A program made the position numbers and the translations under genes. The notes below the pieces were generated by a model. The model was given only the letters and a program-made list of their open reading frames with translations, made no database searches and was not told where the DNA came from. Positions 7,132 through 13,808 of a stretch of 35,709 nucleotides of DNA are shown one piece after another. Positions within the stretch are counted from its first letter, which is position 1; each line of letters begins with the position of its first letter. Source of the stretch: a virus; the IMG/VR virus record IMGVR_UViG_3300045988_067384, positions 1 through 35,709 of that record; one strand, given 5' to 3'.

Positions 7132-8621
7132 TAAATGGAGAACTTATTATTGATAATTTTGCCGGCGGGGGCGGGGCTTCCACCGGCATAGAAATGGCTA
7201 CCGGGTACAGTGTTGATATTGCTATCAATCATGACCCGGAGGCTATAAGAATGCACCAAGCCAATCATCCAACTACTAAGCACTACTGCGAAAATGTATG
7301 GGCGGTGGATCCTGTGGAAGCCTGTGAGGGACATCCGGTAGCCCTTGCCTGGTTTTCCCCGGACTGCAAGCATTTCAGCAAGGCCAAGGGCGGTAAACCA
7401 AAGGATAAGAACATCAGAGGGCTTGCATGGGTAGCCTTGAGGTGGGCGGCTCTTGTGAGACCAAGAGTGATCATGCTTGAGAATGTTGAGGAATTTAAGA
7501 CATGGGGACCACTTAATAGAGGGCACCATCCTATCAAGGCAAAGCAAGGCGACACATTCAGGCGGTTTGTATGTCAGCTTAATGACTTAGGATACAACGT
7601 ACAGTACAGGGAGCTTGTGGCAGCAGATTACGGAGCACCGACCACAAGGAAGAGGTTTTTCCTGATAGCCAGGTGTGATGGAGGGGATATCATATGGCCG
7701 AAGCCTACACACGCTCCCATGGACAGCGAAGAAGTTAAGGCTGGATTGCTTAAGCCTTATGTAGGAGCATATACACAGCTTGATTTTAGCCTGCCATGTC
7801 CGAGCATATTCGACACATCTGAGGAAATCAAAGAGAAATATGGTATCAGAGCGGTAAGGCCGCTTGCATCAAAAACTATGCAGAGGATTGCACGAGGCTT
7901 GAAGAAATTCGTATTAGACAACCCTGAGCCGTTCATAGTACCTATTGGCTACGGTGAACGAATAGGACAAGCTCCAAGAGTTCACGACATTAAGAAACCA
8001 CTACCGACAATAGATCACAACCGGTTGTTTACGGCTACGCTCATCCAGTATCATTCAGAGACTGCCTCCGGCGGAGTACGAGGACAGACCATAGAAGCCC
8101 CTATCATGACAGTGGATGGGTCGAACAGATACGGACTTGTCACATCATTCCTTAGCAAGTTTTATAAGACCTGCACAGGTCAGGATGAAAGAGAGCCATT
8201 ACATACAGTGACTACATCAGCCGGGCACTTCGGAGAGGTTAGAGCGTTTCTGATCAAATACTATGGCGAAGGTACTGGCCAGGACATTGAACAGCCACTT
8301 GACACAGTGACATCAAGAGACCGGTTCGGACTTGTGACCATCAAAGGCGAACAGTATCAGATAGTGGATATTGGACTTAGGATGTTGGAGCCGAGAGAAC
8401 TGTATGGGTGCCAAGGCTTCCCAGATGATTACATCATAGATCATGACAGCACAGGTAAGACATATTCAAGAAGTGAACAGGTTAAGAGATGTGGGAATGC
8501 AGTTTGTCCACCTATACCGGCGGCGATGGTGAGGTCGAATCTTCCAGAGCTTTGTGTAAGAAAAAGGATGCCAAACATGAGGATAGGCGAAGAAGAGAAT
8601 GGACAGTTGTGTTTTGTGTAA
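7128..8621 (+). CDS. DNA (cytosine-5) methyltransferase
   Basis: Has motif I (IDNFAGGGGAS), a catalytic PC-type motif (SPDCKHFS), ENV (MLENVEEF), QGFPDDY and GNAVCPP. Confidence 0.95.
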   Translation: MINGELIIDNFAGGGGASTGIEMATGYSVDIAINHDPEAIRMHQANHPTTKHYCENVWAVDPVEACEGHPVALAWFSPDCKHFSKAKGGKPKDKNIRGLAWVALRWAALVRPRVIMLENVEEFKTWGPLNRGHHPIKAKQGDTFRRFVCQLNDLGYNVQYRELVAADYGAPTTRKRFFLIARCDGGDIIWPKPTHAPMDSEEVKAGLLKPYVGAYTQLDFSLPCPSIFDTSEEIKEKYGIRAVRPLASKTMQRIARGLKKFVLDNPEPFIVPIGYGERIGQAPRVHDIKKPLPTIDHNRLFTATLIQYHSETASGGVRGQTIEAPIMTVDGSNRYGLVTSFLSKFYKTCTGQDEREPLHTVTTSAGHFGEVRAFLIKYYGEGTGQDIEQPLDTVTSRDRFGLVTIKGEQYQIVDIGLRMLEPRELYGCQGFPDDYIIDHDSTGKTYSRSEQVKRCGNAVCPPIPAAMVRSNLPELCVRKRMPNMRIGEEENGQLCFV

Positions 8622-8628
8622 CGGGTTT

Positions 8629-8647
8629 GAGGGGATTTGAACCCCTC
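8629..8647. other. Stem-loop after the C5-MTase gene; the minus strand reads like a tRNA T-arm
   Basis: The plus strand reads GAGGGG-atttgaa-CCCCTC. The minus strand reads AGGGG-TTCAAAT-CCCCT followed by CAAACCCG. No matching 5' tRNA half is present. Confidence 0.4.
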
Positions 8648-8740
8648 GGTGCCCAAATTTTGCGTTGATGATAATGAAATAACGATGAATTTTAGTGATA
8701 TTTATGAATGGCTTCAATCAGAAGCGGAATAGGAGAGAAC

Positions 8741-9187
8741 ATGGAAGACAGATATTTATTCAAGGCAAAGAGAGCTGATAATGGAGAATGGGTTATCGGA
8801 TTTCACGCATACATACATAAAAAACATTATATTTACACCGGGCAACTAATACACGGCGGATTGTATGATGTTGCTGAAAGATTTGAAGTAGACCCATCCA
8901 CCATCTGCCAATGCACAGGTTTGAGAGACGAGCACGGCAAGCTGATTTGGGAAAATGATATTGTAAAAGATTTCTTCAGTGATGCGTGCGCACCAATTAG
9001 ATATGGCAGTTATCAAAACTGTTTTGATAACTCAAAAGCAGAGCATATCGGATTTTATGTAGATTGGTCAGGAAAGTATACTAAAAATTACAGAAAAGAT
9101 TTTGGTTATTGGATTCATATGGTTGATACAGAAGTTATCGGCAATGTATTTGACGATCCAGAGTTATTAGGGAGGAACGACGAATGA
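8741..9187 (+). CDS. YopX-family protein
   Basis: Shows YLFKAKRADNGEWVIG...VDPSTICQCTGLRDEHGKLIWENDIV, the characteristic YopX pattern. Start set at ATG 8741 (AGGAGAGAAC SD). Confidence 0.75.
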   Translation: MEDRYLFKAKRADNGEWVIGFHAYIHKKHYIYTGQLIHGGLYDVAERFEVDPSTICQCTGLRDEHGKLIWENDIVKDFFSDACAPIRYGSYQNCFDNSKAEHIGFYVDWSGKYTKNYRKDFGYWIHMVDTEVIGNVFDDPELLGRNDE

Positions 9188-9945
9188 GTGTAAAACCAAT
9201 ATTGTTTAATACAGAGATGGTTCGGGCGATTCTGGACGGACGAAAGACTTGCACCCGACGTGTGATAAAGCCACAGCCTTATGGAAAGTGTACATACCCA
9301 CTTGGTTTTGTTACCGACAGTACAGAAAAGAAAGAGGTAGGATGCTTTGGATTTGGCATTGATGAATACGGCGGTTCTATTCAGTATGCGAAGCCATCGT
9401 ATCAGCCGGGAGATATCCTGTACGTTCGGGAAACATGGGAGCGTTTTGAATGTTGGAACTGTGATGGAGACGAAAGAGGAAATTGCCCCAAAGAACCAAA
9501 GAAAGGCGTTTTGGATAAAACTTGTGGTTGCTACATGTATCGGGCAACAGATGAAATACGCGGAGACGCGAAGTGGCACCCATCCATCCATATGCCAAAA
9601 GAAGCCACACGTATCTGGCTTAAGGTTACAGATGTAAGAGTGGAGCGGTTGCAGGAAATAACAGAAGTACAGTCACAAGCGGAAGGCATAAGAGGATACT
9701 CTAAGGACGGAAATCTTTATAAGTATGCTGTTACTGATGATTGGTGGATTGATTTTCACAATAAACATAGAAAATCGTTTTTGGGTACTTGGTGGCAGGA
9801 TATGCCTAGAACTGCAAAAGATGCGTTTTCATATCTTTGGAACTCCACCATCAAACCATCCGACTTTGACCGCTACGGATGGGGTGCAAATCCGTGGGTA
9901 TGGGTAATAGAATTTGAACGGTGCGAAAGAAGAGACAGGCATTGA
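9184..9945 (+). CDS. ASCH/PUA-like domain protein
   Basis: Shows ILFNTEMVRAILDGRKTCTRRV...PGDILYVRETW...WHPSIHMPKEATRIWLKVTDVRVERLQEI, a pattern I associate with phage ASCH-like proteins often found next to methyltransferases. Confidence 0.5.
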   Translation: MSVKPILFNTEMVRAILDGRKTCTRRVIKPQPYGKCTYPLGFVTDSTEKKEVGCFGFGIDEYGGSIQYAKPSYQPGDILYVRETWERFECWNCDGDERGNCPKEPKKGVLDKTCGCYMYRATDEIRGDAKWHPSIHMPKEATRIWLKVTDVRVERLQEITEVQSQAEGIRGYSKDGNLYKYAVTDDWWIDFHNKHRKSFLGTWWQDMPRTAKDAFSYLWNSTIKPSDFDRYGWGANPWVWVIEFERCERRDRH

Positions 9946-10044
9946 ATTCTCAATCAGAGAAAACAAATAAGGAGATGTGGTCGGTGAAAGCAAAAGAATA
10001 TTTAAGACAGGGGGAACTCCTGGACATAAGAATACAGCAAAAGA

Positions 10045-10120
10045 AGAGCTATGCATAGGAAAGAGAACGCCCAACATGCGGATAGGGGAAGAAGCTGCGG
10101 GGCCGTTATGTTTTGTATAA
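10045..10120 (+). pseudogene. Remnant of a second, diverged C5-MTase 3' end (paralogous to 8546-8621)
   Basis: My hand alignment gives about 57/76 nt identical to the end of the C5-MTase gene. In frame it reads ELCIGKRTPNMRIGEEAAGPLCFV* against ELCVRKRMPNMRIGEEENGQLCFV*. No MTase body lies upstream. Confidence 0.6.
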
Positions 10121-10146
10121 TTAATAAATGGAGGGTAATATAAGTA

Positions 10147-10473
10147 ATGACAGATGAACATGTAAAAGCAGTGGTAAAAGAAACCATAGACGCATTGCTT
10201 GGAGAGTCAATGATTAAATATAGTGACCTGATCATATATGAGCAGATATCAGATAGGCTACGAGAATATTACAAGACAGGTGATGATCCGGTGCTTGAAC
10301 GTGCGTTAGAAAAGCTTAAGAACCATCCACATATTAATTTACTTGATGATTACTACCGGGACAATCTGACACTGGAGCATATAGCAGAGATCTACGGAGT
10401 GGAAGTAAGAACTGTAAGCCGGTGGAAGAAAAACCTGTGTATTAAGATTTACAAGACGATGGGGACGACCTGA
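10147..10473 (+). CDS. Late-gene transcriptional regulator, sigma-70 region-4-like HTH (ArpU/RinA-like)
   Basis: C-terminal HTH is LTLEHIAEIYGVEVRTVSRWKKNL. It sits immediately upstream of the lysis, packaging and structural genes. Confidence 0.5.
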   Translation: MTDEHVKAVVKETIDALLGESMIKYSDLIIYEQISDRLREYYKTGDDPVLERALEKLKNHPHINLLDDYYRDNLTLEHIAEIYGVEVRTVSRWKKNLCIKIYKTMGTT

Positions 10474-10490
10474 ATGGCCGTCTCTTTTTT
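10462..10490 (+). terminator. Rho-independent terminator overlapping the regulator stop codon
   Basis: Stem gggacgacc / ggccgtctc (one mismatch), loop tgaat, followed by a T6 run. Confidence 0.65.
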
Positions 10491-10582
10491 ATGCCCGAAA
10501 ATGTCCATAGACAGTCATTCTAATATCATAAACATAGCCTTATCATTGATGTATGACGTATCGGAAAGAAAGGAGTGGAGGT

Positions 10583-10855
10583 ATGGATAACATAACAGAG
10601 TATATCAAGCCGGAACTGCTTATATTGGTTCCTGTACTGATCGTGATTGGATTATTCCTTAAAGAGACAGAGAAGGTCAACGACAAGTATATTCCGGCAA
10701 TCTTAGGAGCTGCAGGAGAGGTGCTGAGCGCACTGTATGTGTCAGCGGTTTCCGGAATAAGCCTTATGGGTATATTCACAGCAATAACACAGGGAGTTCT
10801 TGTGGCAGGGGCAGCAGTATATGTAGATCAGATTGCTAAGCAGGCAAAGAAGTAG
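10583..10855 (+). CDS. Holin (phi LC3 / Phage_holin_5-like)
   Basis: Shows ITEYIKPELLILVPVLIVIGLFLKETEKVNDKYIPAILGAAG...AITQGVLVAGAAVYVDQIAKQAKK. Start set at ATG 10583 (GGAGTGGAGG SD). Confidence 0.85.
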   Translation: MDNITEYIKPELLILVPVLIVIGLFLKETEKVNDKYIPAILGAAGEVLSALYVSAVSGISLMGIFTAITQGVLVAGAAVYVDQIAKQAKK

Positions 10856-10866
10856 GTGATCAGCTC

Positions 10867-11085
10867 ATGTTAGAGTCAATAATAGTAGGGCTGTTAAGTC
10901 TACTTGGAACCTGCATAGGCTCACTGGGTGGAATGAAACTCATGGGCTATCGTATAGAGCAACTTGAAAAGAAGGTTGATAAACACAACCACTTTGCGGA
11001 GCGTATGCCGGTGGTAGAGGAACAGATTAAGGTACTCAACCATAGAGTGGAAGATTTAGAAAGGAGTGAAGGCAGTGGACATTAA
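10867..11085 (+). CDS. Membrane-anchored coiled-coil protein of the lysis cassette (XhlA-like?)
   Basis: N-terminal TM helix IIVGLLSLLGTCIGSLGG, then the coiled coil IEQLEKKVDKHNHFAERMPVVEEQIKVLNHRVEDLE. It lies between the holin and the endolysin. Confidence 0.4.
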   Translation: MLESIIVGLLSLLGTCIGSLGGMKLMGYRIEQLEKKVDKHNHFAERMPVVEEQIKVLNHRVEDLERSEGSGH

Positions 11086-11935
11086 GCAGTGTTTTTTAAC
11101 AAATAATGATTGCTATAAGGCAGCAGGAAATATCACACCAAATGGTATAATCGTACATTCAACCGGGTGCAACAATCCTAACCTTAGAAGATATGTACAG
11201 CCGGATGATGGAATACTGGGAAAGAACCCAAACGGAAACGACTGGAACAGAGCAATGGCCAAGGGTGATCGCAAATGTGTACATGCTTTCATTGGAAAGG
11301 ATAAAAACGGCACAGTAAGGGTATATCAGACTCTTCCTTGGAACTATAAGTGCTGGGGTTGTGGATCAGGCTCTAAGGGTTCATACAACGGTTCTTATAT
11401 CCAGCTTGAGATCTGCGAGGACGCTCTTAACGATAGTACATATTTCACTGCGGCGTTCAAGATGGCAGCAGATCTGTGTAGGTATCTGATGGATAAGTAT
11501 AACATTCCGGTTGAGAATGTGATCAGCCACAAGGAGGCAGCAGCTAGAGGATATGCAAGCAGCCATGTAGATCCTGAACACTGGCTTGCCAAGTTCGGCA
11601 AGGATATGAAGTGGTTCAGAAATCAGCTCACAGTTAAGGTTATCAACGAAGAGGCAACCGGTGTGCTCAAGCCGACAACGAAGCATGAGCCACTTGATAA
11701 GTTGAGTCAGCCGTATAAGGTCCGTATCACAGCAACAGCGTTGTACATACGTTCTGGACCAGGTACAGGCTATAAGGATGTTGGCCTTCTCACTGATGAC
11801 AAGGCCATGATAAAAAAGAACCCATCTTATTATTTTCCGAAGGGCGTATATACCATTTCGGAGACAAAGAACGGATGGGGCAGATTAAAGAGTGGAGTTG
11901 GCTGGATATACCTCGATTATACCAAGAAGGTATAA
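11075..11935 (+). CDS. Endolysin: N-acetylmuramoyl-L-alanine amidase (Amidase_2/PGRP) with C-terminal SH3 domain
   Basis: Has GIIVHSTG, VHAFIG, IQLEICE and ISHKEAAARGYASSHVDPEHW. The C-terminus is RSGPGTGYKDVG...GWGRLKSGVGWIYLDY. GTG 11075 has better SD spacing than GTG 11066. Confidence 0.9.
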   Translation: MDIKQCFLTNNDCYKAAGNITPNGIIVHSTGCNNPNLRRYVQPDDGILGKNPNGNDWNRAMAKGDRKCVHAFIGKDKNGTVRVYQTLPWNYKCWGCGSGSKGSYNGSYIQLEICEDALNDSTYFTAAFKMAADLCRYLMDKYNIPVENVISHKEAAARGYASSHVDPEHWLAKFGKDMKWFRNQLTVKVINEEATGVLKPTTKHEPLDKLSQPYKVRITATALYIRSGPGTGYKDVGLLTDDKAMIKKNPSYYFPKGVYTISETKNGWGRLKSGVGWIYLDYTKKV

Positions 11936-11947
11936 AGGGGTGATTGT

Positions 11948-12298
11948 TTGGATGAACCTAAACTCAAACCACAGTTAAAATTGTTGGCAACTTATTATAG
12001 GGGCGAATGTGCCGGAAACGCCGAAAAATCAGCGGTTAAGGCAGGTTACTCCCCAAAGTATGCCAGAGGCAATGCATACAAATTAGTGGCAAGAAAAGAC
12101 GTGCAGGAATATATGGCATATCTGGATTATCTGCAAAATACTAATCCTGCCAATCCTGCACTTCACATAGCGTCAGTTAATGAGATACAGGCTTTCTGGA
12201 CGAATGTCATGAAAAGCCCTGAGTGGGAGATGAAAGACCGACTGAGGGCAGCAGAGAGCCTGGCAAAGAGCAGGGGAGCATTTAATAATGATTGGTAA
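11948..12298 (+). CDS. Terminase small subunit-like protein (Terminase_2 type HTH)
   Basis: TTG start after an AAGGGGTGA SD. Shows GNAEKSAVKAGYSPKYARGNAYKLVARKDVQEYM and DRLRAAESLAKSRGAF. Confidence 0.7.
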   Translation: MDEPKLKPQLKLLATYYRGECAGNAEKSAVKAGYSPKYARGNAYKLVARKDVQEYMAYLDYLQNTNPANPALHIASVNEIQAFWTNVMKSPEWEMKDRLRAAESLAKSRGAFNNDW

Positions 12299-12980
12299 AA
12301 CATTATCCGATTTCTATAGATCAAAAGAATGGGAGAAGCTGCTTAAGGTATTGAAGGTTGAAAGACTGGATGAACATAAGCAACTTATATGTGCATACTG
12401 TGGCAGACCTATCACCAGGAAGTATGACTGCATTGGACACCATCAGGTTCCGCTTACCGAGGATAACTACACCGACGCAGAGATATCCCTTAATCCTGAT
12501 AACATCGTATTCGTCCATCATAAATGCCATAACCTAATACATGATAAATTGGCTCGTGGAAGACAGTCTGTGTACATTGTATATGGATCACCCATGAGCG
12601 GTAAGTCCTCCTATGTTAATGGTGTTAAGTCACCCGGTGACTTGATAGTAAGCATGGATAGCATTTGGAACTGTGTATCCGGATGTGTTCCATATATCAA
12701 GCCGCCGAGGCTTAATGCTGTTGCCTTTGGGATGAGAGACTACTTGCTTGAATGTGTCAAGTATAGAAGAGGCAGGTGGCAGAGCGCATATATCATCGGT
12801 GGATATCCGTTGATATCAGAGCGTGAGCGGCTTGCTCGTGAGCTTGGTGCAGAGCTGGTGTTCATCGACACGGCAAAGGAAGAGTGCATAGACAGGCTTA
12901 TGAATATATCCGATGGCAGGAATGTAGATGAATGGAAGAGATACATTGATGATTGGTGGGAAAGGTACACCCCCCTCTAA
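12288..12980 (+). CDS. HNH endonuclease fused to a P-loop NTPase/kinase-like domain
   Basis: N-terminus is CAYCGRPI...GHHQVPLT...NPDNIVFVHHKCHNLIH (HNH). C-terminus has Walker A in VYIVYGSPMSGKSSYV and an acidic strand, LIVSMD. Confidence 0.8.
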   Translation: MIGKTLSDFYRSKEWEKLLKVLKVERLDEHKQLICAYCGRPITRKYDCIGHHQVPLTEDNYTDAEISLNPDNIVFVHHKCHNLIHDKLARGRQSVYIVYGSPMSGKSSYVNGVKSPGDLIVSMDSIWNCVSGCVPYIKPPRLNAVAFGMRDYLLECVKYRRGRWQSAYIIGGYPLISERERLARELGAELVFIDTAKEECIDRLMNISDGRNVDEWKRYIDDWWERYTPL

Positions 12981-13074
12981 GAGGGATTTTTAAGCCTTAC
13001 GGGGGACTGTTGGGTGGGCATAATTCTCACAGCAACCAAAAAAATGAGATTTTTGGAATTGAAAAGGAGAAAGA

Positions 13075-13476
13075 ATGGCAACGTACGGTTTTGACGGCGA
13101 AAAAAACAAAATTCCTGTAATGCCGGCGAATGATACCGGCTGGGTAAAGGCAACAACCTCAGACCCGATTATCAAAACTAACAACATATACAGCAGACTG
13201 CTTAGTGGAGTGCTGTATGTGGTTGGAGCGGTGGCAATAGACACTGGCTCTACCGTAGGTGAGCTCAGTGCAAATCTTACATTGGCGCATACTAATTCAT
13301 TTAACAAGATGGGCAGTGTTGAACAGCCGATTGCTGTCCGAAATAACGGACTTGGAACAATACATGAGACTGACCTCGGAGTGGCGGAGCTTAAGGGAAA
13401 TGTTATGAAGCTTAGCTTCTCGGTGCAAAATGCACAGAAATACATTGCTTACATCAATATGGCGATACCGCAGTAA
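13075..13476 (+). CDS. Hypothetical protein
   Basis: 133-aa ORF with a strong AAAAGGAGAAAGA SD, lying between the HNH gene and the P27-type TerS. No motif recognised. Confidence 0.5.
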   Translation: MATYGFDGEKNKIPVMPANDTGWVKATTSDPIIKTNNIYSRLLSGVLYVVGAVAIDTGSTVGELSANLTLAHTNSFNKMGSVEQPIAVRNNGLGTIHETDLGVAELKGNVMKLSFSVQNAQKYIAYINMAIPQ

Positions 13477-13487
13477 GAGGTGGACGT

Positions 13488-13793
13488 ATGGATAGACGCA
13501 CACAGCTTAAAAAGATAATAAAGAACAACAATGAACTTGTGGATAGATTGATAGATGAGGTCATGTTCATGGAAGGACAGCTTGAAAAATATAGAAATCT
13601 ACCACAGATACGAGTTGATCCTAACAACCCTGAGCGTCAGAAAGCTACTCCGGCAGCGAAGTTGTACAAAGAAACATTGCAGCAATATACAAATGCTATT
13701 AAGGTGTTGGCACATTGTACAGGACAGGACGCAGACAGTGAGGAGAGCCCTCTCAGGATATGGGCTAAAAAATATACCCAGGCTCTTAAGTAA
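13488..13793 (+). CDS. Terminase small subunit, P27 family-like
   Basis: Shows ELVDRLIDEVMFMEGQLEKY...VDPNNPERQKATPAAKLYKETLQQYTNAIKVL, resembling short P27-type TerS. It lies directly upstream of TerL and downstream of the HNH gene. Confidence 0.6.
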   Translation: MDRRTQLKKIIKNNNELVDRLIDEVMFMEGQLEKYRNLPQIRVDPNNPERQKATPAAKLYKETLQQYTNAIKVLAHCTGQDADSEESPLRIWAKKYTQALK

Positions 13794-13808
13794 TGTGGAG
13801 GTGAGTAC

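Noticed and set aside
6939-7547. 202-aa minus-strand ORF
   Set aside because: It is antisense to the small acidic ORF and the 5' end of the C5-MTase, whose motifs I and IV lie in this interval. No SD, and the composition is not protein-like.
9974-10120. Possible small ORFs in the remnant region (ATG 9974 or GTG 9977)
   Set aside because: The AAGGAG motif sits directly against the candidate start codons, leaving no spacing. The sequence is better explained as fused fragments of a regulator N-terminus and an MTase C-terminus.
12990-13445. 151-aa minus-strand ORF opposite the 13075-13476 ORF
   Set aside because: The plus-strand ORF has a strong AAAAGGAGAAAGA SD and fits the unidirectional operon. 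The minus-strand translation is S/P/T/F-rich junk with no SD.
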